64,000 nucleotides of DNA from a virus (Duplodnaviria; Heunggongvirae; Uroviricota; Caudoviricetes): IMG/VR virus record IMGVR_UViG_3300028789_000005; one strand, written 5' to 3'. The notes beneath the pieces were generated by a model. It saw only the letters and a list, made by a program, of their open reading frames with translations. It searched no databases and had not been told where the DNA came from. This document shows, in pieces, positions 24,989 to 33,873 of this stretch. The position numbers were made by a program, and so were the translations under genes. Within the stretch, counting starts at the first letter, position 1; every line of letters begins with the position of its first letter.

Positions 24989-25162
24989 ATGAAGATATGG
25001 ATTCTGAACGTACTGGTTAGTGACCAATACGGCACCATTGAGGACGTTGGTTACTTCTCTTCAAAGGAACTAACCGAAGCGGCGCAGGCTTCCATTCCAA
25101 CGCAACTTAGTTTGGTGCGAGAGAAAGAGCTGGACAGACCGCTGGAACCGAGGTGGTTGTGA
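24989..25162 (+). CDS. hypothetical 57-aa protein
   Basis: ATG overlapping the stop of a 29-aa GTG-initiated hydrophobic micro-ORF (24903..24992). Below the ORF-track cutoff. Confidence 0.25.
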   Translation: MKIWILNVLVSDQYGTIEDVGYFSSKELTEAAQASIPTQLSLVREKELDRPLEPRWL

Positions 25163-25497
25163 CGCCCTACTGCATACTGTTGGCGAAGCCAAACGACTCT
25201 GACGAGATCATTCGTAAATTATACCATGGGCTGGCGCGGTACTGCCATCCGGATGCGCGGCGTGGAATGCCAGAGGCGTCGCAGGAGAAGTTGAACTTCC
25301 AGTGGCACCGCATCACCGAAGCGTACTCAGCCATCAAGACTGACGCGCTGCGTGCACAGTGGGCGGCGTCGCAGTTTCTGCTGTCAGGGCAGTGTGGCAA
25401 GTGCGCAGGCTCGGGCGTGGTCGGTACACGTATGTTCAAGGGCAAGATAACGGAGTGCAAGGATTGCAAGGGAGAGGGACGCACGCGTGATGGCTGA
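25153..25497 (+). CDS. DnaJ-like protein: J-domain (HPD) plus CxxCxGxG zinc finger
   Basis: ORF track. YCILLAKPNDSDEIIRKLYHGLARYCHPDARRG carries the HPD tripeptide of J-domains. C-terminal CGKCAGSGVV and CKDCKGEG are DnaJ zinc-finger repeats. Confidence 0.6.
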   Translation: MVVTPYCILLAKPNDSDEIIRKLYHGLARYCHPDARRGMPEASQEKLNFQWHRITEAYSAIKTDALRAQWAASQFLLSGQCGKCAGSGVVGTRMFKGKITECKDCKGEGRTRDG

Positions 25498-25510
25498 AAA
25501 CCGGTCACGC

Positions 25511-25516
25511 TATAAT
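25511..25516 (+). promoter_or_regulatory. promoter-like -10 box (cGCTATAATt) 19 nt upstream of the 25535 start
   Basis: gYTATAAT motif family; the ATG is preceded by CAAGGAGGT. Confidence 0.35.
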
Positions 25517-25534
25517 TGAAGCAAGGAGGTCGTT

Positions 25535-25990
25535 ATGGCCAAGAGAAAACAGAAACAGCAAGAAACAGTAGTTCAGCCAACCAACCACGACCGTGCCCCT
25601 TACTGGGAAGTATTCTTCAAGTGTCAGCGTAGTCCTGTTCTACGGAGCCAGCTGATTACTGCACTCATGGCAGGTAAACCGTTGGAAGTTGAACGGCTTC
25701 CACCAGCCGCGCTGCTGGACGTCGTAATGCTGTCCATGGTTACGCGTGAGTATTATCAAGCTGAGATAATTGACGATTACGTGGCTCTTCTTCGCAAGAC
25801 TGACACTATTTGGCGCGAGCCGATGTGGACGTGCAAAATTTTCGACCAATACCACTTGCACACGGCGGACTACGTGGTACGCGGTTCTACTGAGCTCGTC
25901 AGCTACGAGGACAGATATTTGCCAGGGTTAGTGCAGTGGTATTTGAACGCCGAAGCACCATCGTACTTCAAGGAGGAAATCACTAAGTGA
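25535..25990 (+). CDS. hypothetical protein
   Basis: ORF track; CAAGGAGGTCGTT upstream. Confidence 0.45.
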   Translation: MAKRKQKQQETVVQPTNHDRAPYWEVFFKCQRSPVLRSQLITALMAGKPLEVERLPPAALLDVVMLSMVTREYYQAEIIDDYVALLRKTDTIWREPMWTCKIFDQYHLHTADYVVRGSTELVSYEDRYLPGLVQWYLNAEAPSYFKEEITK

Positions 25991-26144
25991 TGAAGACGCT
26001 GCGTAAGGAATGGCGGATAGCGCGCTACTACGGGGCCAGCAGGAAACTTGCTTTAAAGATAGTGTTTAGAAATTGGCGCTACAAGCGCCTGGGCCTCTAA
26101 CGCAGCAACAACAATTCGTTTGGTTGAAAGAAGGAGCTTTACGA

Positions 26145-26399
26145 ATGTACGCATCGATCGATTTCGCCAATAAGACAGAACTCCGCGCAGCAATCAAGCA
26201 AGGTCAGACCGTAGTGGCATACTCACCCACGCTCGGTATGGCGGCTGTAACTGGTCGAACTAAGATTGAAGGGCCGTGGCCGATTGGCGCGGTCGCAGCA
26301 GACGCCACCACGCAACAACCGGTGGTACGCTATCGCGGTCTGAACAGGTGGAGCGCGTGGGTCGACGTACGCGATATGCGCGTGGTGGCGGTGCACTAA
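26145..26399 (+). CDS. hypothetical protein
   Basis: ORF track 26073..26399 trimmed to ATG 26145, with GAAGGAGCTTTACGA upstream. Confidence 0.4.
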   Translation: MYASIDFANKTELRAAIKQGQTVVAYSPTLGMAAVTGRTKIEGPWPIGAVAADATTQQPVVRYRGLNRWSAWVDVRDMRVVAVH

Positions 26400-26485
26400 G
26401 TTCGCAATGCGTGACCTCAGCTCGCTGGCAGACCGGGTGCGAAGTGTCTGCCGACTAAGGAGCTACGGACCAGGAAACTGGACGT

Positions 26486-26617
26486 ACGCTTCTCTGGACC
26501 TACCGCAACAACCTACCGAGTGTCCGGAGGGTTCTCTCGGACAGAGCAGCGCGGGACGCGGGTGCCCTTTCCATCCGGGTGCGCTGCGAGTGGTGAGTGG
26601 TAGGTCCAGAGAAGCGT
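26486..26617. repeat. perfect 19-bp inverted repeat ACGCTTCTCTGGACCTACC / GGTAGGTCCAGAGAAGCGT enclosing 94 bp of GC-rich sequence with internal palindromes
   Basis: Seen directly at 26486-26504 and 26599-26617. Located in the 237-bp gap before the gene starting at 26636. Confidence 0.55.
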
Positions 26618-26635
26618 AAGATCAAGGAGAAAGAG

Positions 26636-27103
26636 ATGAGCACAACAACGAATGGAGAAGTTTGCTTTGGAGTACTGCTAAATGACGAGGCGGAGGAATT
26701 TGAGCTGCCTTGGATGGCGGCAGACGTTGACTGTGACGAAGAGGAGTGGTGGCTGAAGGTGAACGGCTACAAGCCGCCGTTTGAGCTCTTCACAGAAGAT
26801 GGCGACTACATCGGCGGTGTAGAGCCGCCGCGTGCGAAGGTGCGTGAGTACTACGCGCACAAAACCGCGTGGATGAAGCTGAACCCATTGCCGTTCGAAT
26901 TGGTTAATTACCGCAGCGGTGATTGCCCCATGTACATACTGGCCGTGCCTGGAACGGTGCAGACGGCCAATCGTGGATATCCGAAGGAGTTGACGCTGGA
27001 CACGCGCATCCGCCCACTGAGGCAGATAGTGCTGCGTGAATTTTGCAAGAAGTACAACCTACCCACTGAATTCAAGTGGTGGCTTACAAGCTACTGGGGC
27101 TGA
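26636..27103 (+). CDS. hypothetical acidic protein
   Basis: ORF track 26597..27103 trimmed to ATG 26636, with AAGGAGAAAGAG upstream. Confidence 0.45.
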   Translation: MSTTTNGEVCFGVLLNDEAEEFELPWMAADVDCDEEEWWLKVNGYKPPFELFTEDGDYIGGVEPPRAKVREYYAHKTAWMKLNPLPFELVNYRSGDCPMYILAVPGTVQTANRGYPKELTLDTRIRPLRQIVLREFCKKYNLPTEFKWWLTSYWG

Positions 27104-27104
27104 C

Positions 27105-27551
27105 ATGCAGACCTTCCTTCCCTACAAGTCGTTCGTCAAATCGGCCGCGTGCCTGGATAATAAGCGGTTGGGCAAGCAGCGCGTGGAAGCCTACCAGCTG
27201 CTGAACGCGCTGCTAGGCTTGACGCACAAGCCAGGATCCGCCGTGCGCAAAGGATGGACCAACCATCCGGCAGCGTTGATGTGGAAAGGCCATGAAGGCG
27301 TTTTGTACCAATACGCTTGCATTGTATGCGACGAGTGGAAGCGACGCGGATTCAAGAACGAGGCCATGGAGGCTAATCTTCTGCGGCTGTTCAACGTAGT
27401 CGCTGTGCGCTTGATAAAGACATCGACGAGTCCAACGTGGCTAGGTAGTAGGAAGTTCCATGCGTCGCATCGCAGCAATCTACTGCGGAAGGATGCAGCG
27501 TGGTATGGGAAGTTCAACTGGAAGGAGCCGGCAGACCTGGAGTACGTCTGA
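27105..27551 (+). CDS. possible pyrimidine-dimer DNA glycosylase-like (DenV/endonuclease V family) protein
   Basis: ORF track 27036..27551 trimmed to ATG 27105. The N-terminus MQTFLPYKSFVKSAACLDNKRLGKQRVEAYQLL resembles the T4 endonuclease V N-terminus ([25 protein letters not shown]). A PTWLG motif lies near the C-terminus. The similarity was judged by eye only. Confidence 0.35.
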   Translation: MQTFLPYKSFVKSAACLDNKRLGKQRVEAYQLLNALLGLTHKPGSAVRKGWTNHPAALMWKGHEGVLYQYACIVCDEWKRRGFKNEAMEANLLRLFNVVAVRLIKTSTSPTWLGSRKFHASHRSNLLRKDAAWYGKFNWKEPADLEYV

Positions 27552-27573
27552 CCGGTGCAGAAGGAGAAGTAGC

Positions 27574-28501
27574 ATGCCATTTGACGCAATGTACGACCAA
27601 GGAGTAGGTTTGAACCTGACGTCTAAGCCGCCTCTAGTAATACACCACAGTCCATGTCTTGACGGCTTCACCGCTGCGTGGGCCATGTGGCTGCAGTACC
27701 CTGACGCCGAGTTCGTGCCGGGCGTGTACGGACAGGCTCCTCCGGATTGCACCGATCGTGACGTGTACCTGTTGGACTTCAGCTACAAGCTGGAAGTCAT
27801 CGACGCCATGCAGCGTGTCGCCAAGAGCATCACCATCTTGGACCACCACAAGACGGCCGAGAAGGACCTGTCCAATCTCTGGTCGCTGAACGACTGCAAA
27901 GGGGGTCACGAACGTGACGTGCATCTTCGACATGACCAAGTCCGGCGCGCGGTTGGCATGGGAGTGGTTCCATCCGCACACCGAGGTTCCCATGCTGGTC
28001 AGGGCAGTGGAGGACCGCGACCTGTGGCGCTTTTCTCTCGCGTACACCAAAGAACTAAACGCCGTATTGTTCAGCTACGACTACGACTTCAAAATATGGG
28101 GTTCCTTATCGCGACAAATGGAGTCTATTCCTGGTCTTGCCAGCATGCTGGAGGCCGGTCGAGCCATCCTTCGCAAGCAGGACAAGGACGTTCGCGAGCT
28201 TATCGGCATGACGAAGATGCGTCGTAGCATCGGCGGAATCATGGTGCCGTGTGCCAACATGCCGTATACGCTGGCCTCGGATGCAGCGAACTTGATGGCG
28301 GAGGGTAAGCCATTCGCCGCCACGTACTACAGCGACAAGGACGGCTTTGCGGTGTTCAGCCTGCGCTCCAGGGAGGATGGCGCTGACGTCAGCGAGATAG
28401 CCAAGAAGTACGGCGGAGGAGGCCACAAGCATGCCGCTGGGTTCCGCATCGAGTTGGTGAATCACATGCTCGGGTTGTACGACTATGAGAGGACAAAATG
28501 A
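27574..28501 (+). pseudogene. DHH-family phosphoesterase (NrnA/RecJ-like, DHH + DHHA1) interrupted by a +1 frameshift in a G5 run at 27901-27905
   Basis: ORF-track ORFs 27460..28227 and 27914..28501 are consecutive halves of one DHH protein. The first frame carries IHHSPCLDGFTAA (motif I), VYLLDFSY, and ILDHH (the DHH motif). The second frame carries DMTKSGARLAWEWF and the DHHA1 motif GGGGHKHAAGF. Removing one G from AAAGGGGGT joins them into a 308-aa protein. AAGGAGAAGTAGC lies upstream of ATG 27574. Confidence 0.6.
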
Positions 28502-28845
28502 CGGAGATCAAGATTCTAAGCGCGCTGTTCGTATTGTTGTTCGGCCTGAACGTGTGGTTGCGCAGCCATCCAGTCAAGAAGCGGAATACAAGCATGAAGC
28601 TGATACCACTTCTGTTAGTAGTAGTTGGCTTGACCGGTTGCTCTTTGCGTCCAAGTCTGGACGTTCACCTTTATTGCGGAAAACACGATACATGGCAGGT
28701 CTGTGTGCGGTGCCCGGCAGGATTCAAGCCAAAGGTGCAATGGAGACCGCTTAACGGCGAAGTTGGCGACAACGTAGTTACGGCATTCACCGATGCGCAG
28801 GCCGCGCGGTGTGTCGTCGACTGGAAAAGCTTGGTGAAACGCTGA
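28498..28845 (+). CDS. membrane/lipoprotein-like protein (N-terminal TM helix, then a second hydrophobic segment with lipobox-like LTGC)
   Basis: ORF track; ATGA overlap. MTEIKILSALFVLLFGLNVWL and MKLIPLLLVVVGLTGCS are both in the same frame. Confidence 0.45.
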   Translation: MTEIKILSALFVLLFGLNVWLRSHPVKKRNTSMKLIPLLLVVVGLTGCSLRPSLDVHLYCGKHDTWQVCVRCPAGFKPKVQWRPLNGEVGDNVVTAFTDAQAARCVVDWKSLVKR

Positions 28846-29033
28846 TGGCGCACTTGTGGAGATGGTCGGTGCCGAAGGACGAATGGGAGCTGATCACGCA
28901 GGCTACGGACGAGAACAGGCAGACCGTGCTGCGCGGCTACAAGCGACGCGACCGCAAGGGCGTGCGGTTCAAGTGGACTGCCACGCAGGAAAAGCCGAAG
29001 AAGTTCAGGACGAGGGTGAAGAAGGAGGTTTGA
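28845..29033 (+). CDS. hypothetical small basic protein
   Basis: ORF track 28809..29033 trimmed to ATG 28845 (TGATG overlap). Confidence 0.4.
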   Translation: MAHLWRWSVPKDEWELITQATDENRQTVLRGYKRRDRKGVRFKWTATQEKPKKFRTRVKKEV

Positions 29034-29034
29034 G

Positions 29035-29193
29035 ATGACAAGGGAGCATGGCACGGACTACGGTGCGCCGTTAACTGACTATGAGATAGAGGCATTGCGC
29101 TGTCTTATCGGCAGTCATAAGTACAAGGATGTCGGCAATGAGGATGGCAAGGGCCGGTGTGTAACCTGTGGGGAGGAAGAATCCGATGAGTAA
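29035..29193 (+). CDS. hypothetical 52-aa protein
   Basis: ATG preceded by AGGAGGTTTGAG. Below the ORF-track cutoff. Confidence 0.3.
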   Translation: MTREHGTDYGAPLTDYEIEALRCLIGSHKYKDVGNEDGKGRCVTCGEEESDE

Positions 29194-29205
29194 ACTCTGG
29201 AGGCT

Positions 29206-29478
29206 GTGGTGAAGATTTTCAAGTATGCACTACAGATAGAGGATGAGCAAACGGTGGAGCTGCCATTATGCTCTACCATACTATTCACTGGCGCGAATAA
29301 TGGCGAGCTTTGTATCTGGGTACAGGTCCTGAACCCAAACGCGGCTAAGAAGCCGCACAAGCTGTTTATTCATGGTACTGGGCGTGAAATTAACGGCATG
29401 CTACAAAAGAAGTATCTAGGTTCAGTCGTGATGGAACCCTTCGTTTGGCACGTATTTCTCGAGGTGCCGCGTGGCTAA
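29206..29478 (+). CDS. hypothetical protein
   Basis: ORF track; GGAGG upstream of the GTG start. Confidence 0.4.
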   Translation: MVKIFKYALQIEDEQTVELPLCSTILFTGANNGELCIWVQVLNPNAAKKPHKLFIHGTGREINGMLQKKYLGSVVMEPFVWHVFLEVPRG

Positions 29479-30469
29479 CCTCTGGAAACCTATGCTCGCC
29501 GCCAAACCCGATCCCAAGGAACTAGACGCCACCCTGGAGAAGCTCTTCACGCTCGGTCGCACGTGGCTGGCGTCGCCGAAGCTGGACGGCATACGCGTAA
29601 CGGTGCAGAACGGCAGGCTGTACAGCCGATCGTTGAAGCTCATCCCCAATAAGGCCATGCAGCAGCTATGGGGGCGTGAGGAGCTCGACGGTCTTGATGG
29701 AGAAGTTATCGTTGGATCGCCCACGGCTGAGGACTGCTTCAATCGCTCCACCAGCGTGGTCATGAGCCGGGATAAACCAGCCGACGATGCTACGTTCAAC
29801 ATATTTGATTGCTACGACGAGATGGAGCCCTTCGAGATTCGACTGAGTAATGCGACATCGACGGCCGATCAACGACCATTCATGAATCTTGCTGGTAACC
29901 ACTCTACTACTGAGCGCTTCATACGTCGCGTGCCGCACACGGTTATCAAGACTCTGGAGCAGCTGGCCTCTTACGAAGGAAAGCAGACAGGCTTAGGCCA
30001 CGAAGGAATCATGTTGCGCGACCCAATCGGCGCGTACAAGCACGGCCGCTCCACGGTCAAGGAGGGCGGGCTGATCGCCGTCAAGCGGTTCGTGGACGCC
30101 GAGGCCGTGGTGATCGGCACGTACGAGCAAATGGAGAACACGAATCAGCGGGTGGTTAACGAACTCGGCAAGATGAAGCGCTCCAGCCACAAGGCCGGTA
30201 AGGTCGGGAAGGGGACACTGGGAGGGTTCACGGTAAGACCGTTGGCGTGTGCTTGTGAAGCATGTCTTCGTGACAGGTCCGAGGCGTGTCTGCGACAGTT
30301 CAGCATCGGCACCGGTCAGGGTCTTACGGACGCGGTGCGCCTGGAGCTCTGGAAGAAGCGTAATACGCTACCGGGTAAGATCATCAAGTTCCGCTACCAG
30401 CTTATAGGCACCAAGGACGCACCTAGACAGCCGATATTTCTGGGCTGGCGGGACCCGCGCGACCTGTAG
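29471..30469 (+). CDS. ATP-dependent DNA ligase
   Basis: ORF track. KLDGIR is the adenylation motif I (KxDG). EGIMLRD and LIAVKRF are motifs IV and V. The size suits the minimal phage/T7-type ligases. Confidence 0.8.
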   Translation: MANLWKPMLAAKPDPKELDATLEKLFTLGRTWLASPKLDGIRVTVQNGRLYSRSLKLIPNKAMQQLWGREELDGLDGEVIVGSPTAEDCFNRSTSVVMSRDKPADDATFNIFDCYDEMEPFEIRLSNATSTADQRPFMNLAGNHSTTERFIRRVPHTVIKTLEQLASYEGKQTGLGHEGIMLRDPIGAYKHGRSTVKEGGLIAVKRFVDAEAVVIGTYEQMENTNQRVVNELGKMKRSSHKAGKVGKGTLGGFTVRPLACACEACLRDRSEACLRQFSIGTGQGLTDAVRLELWKKRNTLPGKIIKFRYQLIGTKDAPRQPIFLGWRDPRDL

Positions 30470-30480
30470 CCCATCCGGGT

Positions 30481-30486
30481 TATAAT
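30481..30486 (+). promoter_or_regulatory. promoter-like -10 box (gGGTTATAATt)
   Basis: gYTATAAT motif family, downstream of the ligase gene and upstream of the gene starting near 30574. Confidence 0.35.
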
Positions 30487-30573
30487 TAAGCCAGCAACCA
30501 AACTTTACAGTAACTAGATACCAAGACGTACGTGACCAAACTACACCGTAACTCAGAAGCCGAGGACTACAGA

Positions 30574-30858
30574 ATGATCATGCAGTGGAAACAGCAAGGC
30601 AATGATTACACAGCAAGCTGGCAGGGGATTCATTTCGTGCTATTTGAGCATCCTACAACGAAGCGTTGGAACTTGTTCGCCGACGGAAAGCAAGTTCGGC
30701 AGACTTGGTCCAAGGCTCGTTTGGCGATGGAGCAGATTGACGGCAAGCAGCAAGCGTTGGTGCTGAAGGCGTCGAGGGCGCAGGCACCTCGTCTGAGTCT
30801 GGAACTGCACACTACGTCGGCTCGTACGAGCGAGGTTGGTGAAGCGCGTGGCCACTAA
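30574..30858 (+). CDS. hypothetical protein
   Basis: ORF track 30532..30858 trimmed to ATG 30574, with GAGGAC upstream. A GTG at 30532 is an alternative start. Confidence 0.4.
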   Translation: MIMQWKQQGNDYTASWQGIHFVLFEHPTTKRWNLFADGKQVRQTWSKARLAMEQIDGKQQALVLKASRAQAPRLSLELHTTSARTSEVGEARGH

Positions 30859-31354
30859 GACCGCACTCAAGCTGGACATCACTCCGGAGGTTACAGCGGC
30901 CAGCAAGGCACTGTCTCCGGCTGTGAAGCGACTGACGAAGATACTGGCTGGATTCGACGCCGACAGCATTCCGTACGGCGCACTTGCCGATTCGCTCTAT
31001 GATCTGAAACAACTCAGCAAGATTCTCAACAGTATTACAGTACCATTCGACGACCTACTACTTCCGTCGGTGAAAGCTACGGAAGAGCATTTTGTGCAGA
31101 AGCTGGCCGTGGGCGAGTCCAGCGGCGTGCAAGGGCTGAAGAGCCGCGTGCAGGTGACGGAGTCCATTATTCCGGTTGTGAAGGATTGGGAGAAGTTCTA
31201 CGCCCACATCAAGAAGAAGGGGGAATTCGAATTACTCAATCGAGCAGTGAACCGAGCGGCGGTACAGGAGCGCTGGGACGCGAAGAAGCAAGTTCCGGGC
31301 GTAGACAAGTTCCATGCAAAGAAAGTGAGTGTGACGAAGTTGAGCGGGAAGTAA
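30836..31354 (+). CDS. hypothetical protein
   Basis: ORF track; TTG/GTG start overlapping the previous gene. Confidence 0.45.
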   Translation: MVKRVATKTALKLDITPEVTAASKALSPAVKRLTKILAGFDADSIPYGALADSLYDLKQLSKILNSITVPFDDLLLPSVKATEEHFVQKLAVGESSGVQGLKSRVQVTESIIPVVKDWEKFYAHIKKKGEFELLNRAVNRAAVQERWDAKKQVPGVDKFHAKKVSVTKLSGK

Positions 31355-31405
31355 CTCCGGTCGATCCAGAAGATATTCTTCCCTCCATCTACTAAGGAAT
31401 TGCTA

Positions 31406-31624
31406 ATGAGAGAACATTTCTGCGAAGACTGTCGAGACGAACGAATTCAGTTGAATCATCTGGTCGGTCAGCGAATCACAAAGGCGCAGGTCAACTGCGA
31501 TGGACCCGGTACCTACACGTTTGAATTTGAAGATGGTACCGTACTTAGCATTACGTCGTCAGGTAGCGATCTTACTACTACCGATGCAACGTTCACGATA
31601 CCAAAACACACCAAGAAAATGTAG
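31406..31624 (+). CDS. hypothetical small protein with N-terminal CxxC
   Basis: ORF track 31400..31624 trimmed to ATG 31406, with CTAAGGAATTGCTA upstream. Confidence 0.4.
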   Translation: MREHFCEDCRDERIQLNHLVGQRITKAQVNCDGPGTYTFEFEDGTVLSITSSGSDLTTTDATFTIPKHTKKM

Positions 31625-31637
31625 TGCAAGGAGCATT

Positions 31638-32549
31638 ATGGATTTCGCAACAATCGCAATGTACGTGGGACTGGGCGTTCTAGCCATCATAGTCCTGAGC
31701 ATATTCTTCGGGTCGTTCTACACGGTGCCTACGCAGGAAGCGGCTGTAGTAGCGCGCTTCGGCAAGTTCAGTCACATCGCACGGCCAGGGCTCAACTTCA
31801 AGCGGCCATTCGTGGACTCTGTCGAGTTAGTTAGGCTGGCCACGTACCAGCTAGACGACACCATTGAGACGAAGACCAAGGACAACGTGTTCGTCACGCT
31901 GCCGGTGTCCTGCCAGTGGCAGGTGGGTAGTTCGGATCAAGCCATCCAGGACTATCATTACAAGCTAACCAACAACGAGCAGATCAGCTCCTACCTGTCC
32001 AACATCCTGTTGGGACACATTCCGGACATGGACCTGGACACACTCTTCACGTCGCAGCAGCAGGTATCGGACAAGGCGTCGGCAGAACTTGAACTACAGA
32101 TGTCCAAGTTCGGTGTCGAAATCACCAAAGTAATGATCACTGACATCCAACCGGACGCCGGAGTGGTCAAGGCCATGAACAGTATCAACGAGCAGACCCG
32201 GCTGGCCGTGGCTAATAAGGCACAAGGTGACGCGGAGTATATACTCAAGGTGCGGCAGGCTGAGGCTGATGCCGAGGTCAAGCGCCAAGAAGGTTTGGGC
32301 GTGGCTAACGAGCGTAAGGCCATCGCTGACGGGTGGGCTGACTCGATCGACAAGATAAAGGGCAGTACCGACCTGTCGGATAACGACGCTACGTTCCTGC
32401 TGCTGTTCACCAACTGGACCGACATGATGCAGAAGGTCGGCGGCTCTGACAACACCACCATGGTCTTTATGCCCTCTGGACCGGAGGGCTTGCAGAACTT
32501 CCAGGCGACGATGGCCAACGCGCAGTTGCATATGCTGGCGGCGAAGTGA
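31638..32549 (+). CDS. SPFH/band-7 (stomatin/prohibitin/HflC-like) membrane protein
   Basis: ORF track 31500..32549 trimmed to ATG 31638, with CAAGGAGCATT upstream. N-terminal TM segment, then the SPFH core VPTQEAAVVARFGKFSHIARPGLNFKRPFVDSVELV and a coiled coil. Confidence 0.65.
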   Translation: MDFATIAMYVGLGVLAIIVLSIFFGSFYTVPTQEAAVVARFGKFSHIARPGLNFKRPFVDSVELVRLATYQLDDTIETKTKDNVFVTLPVSCQWQVGSSDQAIQDYHYKLTNNEQISSYLSNILLGHIPDMDLDTLFTSQQQVSDKASAELELQMSKFGVEITKVMITDIQPDAGVVKAMNSINEQTRLAVANKAQGDAEYILKVRQAEADAEVKRQEGLGVANERKAIADGWADSIDKIKGSTDLSDNDATFLLLFTNWTDMMQKVGGSDNTTMVFMPSGPEGLQNFQATMANAQLHMLAAK

Positions 32550-32561
32550 TAAGGAGAAAGT

Positions 32562-32822
32562 ATGAACAACGAAGCAAGCGATGAAGTGGAATTGTACCAA
32601 AAGAAAATGTTGATCACGTTCGGCCGTCCGGTTGCCGTCATGATTGCTGGTAGTCCGGTGTTTACGGAAGTGGTGATTGCCGAAGTGAAAGACAAGAATC
32701 GAGACTTTATATACGGCGGCTCGATACGTGTCGTCGGTATGCCCAATCGTCCTGACTTTGAGAAGGCGCAGATTATGCACATTCACAGTATCAGCATTGC
32801 TGCTATGATCGAGCTCGATTAG
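32562..32822 (+). CDS. hypothetical protein
   Basis: ORF track; TAAGGAGAAAGT upstream. Confidence 0.4.
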   Translation: MNNEASDEVELYQKKMLITFGRPVAVMIAGSPVFTEVVIAEVKDKNRDFIYGGSIRVVGMPNRPDFEKAQIMHIHSISIAAMIELD

Positions 32823-32884
32823 GTCGGGTTGCTCAGCGTCGCAGAAACCAAGCACCAATACGAACGCAGCACAAGGAGAACTGA

Positions 32885-33703
32885 ATGCCAGTAGTAAAGA
32901 AGACAGCAGCCAAAGGTAAGAAGACAACGTCCACGGCGATAATTCCTTGGACGGAAAAATTTGCGAAGTACGCCAAAGAAACAAAGGAACAGACCAAGAA
33001 CATCGGAGTCGGCGGCGTCAGTATTAAGTTCGGCCGTGGACGCATCTCTATCGGCGACGTCGAAGTCAAGGGCGGCAAGCTGGAGTGCGTCATTGTCGGC
33101 AGCTGCGCGCTCAATCGCTGGAACGAGCAGCCGTTTGATGCGTCCAATCCGCTGCCGCCGGATTGCTACGCGTTCTCTGTCATCTCGGACGACCCAGAGA
33201 TGGCTCCTCACCCGTCGGCACCTGACAAGCAAGCTGTGAAGTGCGCCGATTGTGAAAAGAACCAGTTCGGTACGGCGCGCGTTGGCAAGGGCAAGGCATG
33301 CGGCAATACTATTCGTCTCGGCCTGCTGACCGGCAATGACGCCACCGAGGACGCTGACAGCGTCGCCGCTGCGGAGATGGCCAATGCCGGTGTCAGCCCT
33401 ACCAACCTGAACCATTACAAGAAGTACACCGACCTGTTGGAAGAGGAGTATGGTCGTCCGCCGTGGGCCGTGGTGACGGAGATTGCCAGTTACGATGATC
33501 CGAAGACACAGATTCGTCTGGAGTTCAAGATGGTGTCTCTGATTGACGACGACGACGTTCTCCAGGCTCTTGAGAAGCGTGTGCTCAAGGTGCAGGAGCA
33601 ACTTCAGAAGCCGTTCTCCGTGGCCGATAAGACCGCGAAGAAGGCTCCGGCTGCGTCGAAGTCCAATTCCAAGTTCGCCGGCAAGAAGACTACACGGCGG
33701 TAG
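32885..33703 (+). CDS. hypothetical protein (basic termini, Cys-containing core; possibly DNA-binding)
   Basis: ORF track; CAAGGAGAACTGA upstream. No confident family assignment. Confidence 0.5.
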   Translation: MPVVKKTAAKGKKTTSTAIIPWTEKFAKYAKETKEQTKNIGVGGVSIKFGRGRISIGDVEVKGGKLECVIVGSCALNRWNEQPFDASNPLPPDCYAFSVISDDPEMAPHPSAPDKQAVKCADCEKNQFGTARVGKGKACGNTIRLGLLTGNDATEDADSVAAAEMANAGVSPTNLNHYKKYTDLLEEEYGRPPWAVVTEIASYDDPKTQIRLEFKMVSLIDDDDVLQALEKRVLKVQEQLQKPFSVADKTAKKAPAASKSNSKFAGKKTTRR

Positions 33704-33768
33704 AATTCTAAGTCGTACTTGGTCGGTAGCCCTCACTGCTGGCCAAGTACGGCGAAGAAAGGAGTACT

Positions 33769-33873
33769 ATGAAACTGATCTTACTGATCCCGCGCATCTT
33801 CCTCATCATTTGTTTGATTCCTTTTGCGTTGGTTTTTGGCCCTGCACTATTTACGAAGCGGAGATTGTTTTGA
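33769..33873 (+). CDS. 34-aa hydrophobic peptide (MKLILLIPRIFLIICLIPFALVFGPALFTKRRLF)
   Basis: ATG preceded by AAAGGAGTACT; its stop overlaps a TTG at 33870 (TTGA). Below the ORF-track cutoff. Confidence 0.25.
   Translation: MKLILLIPRIFLIICLIPFALVFGPALFTKRRLF

Noticed and set aside
26407-26619. 70-aa plus-strand ORF covering the 19-bp inverted-repeat element
   Set aside because: No RBS. The composition is Gly/Arg/Ser-biased, and it is exactly coextensive with a large palindromic structure. It is more likely structured RNA or DNA than coding sequence.
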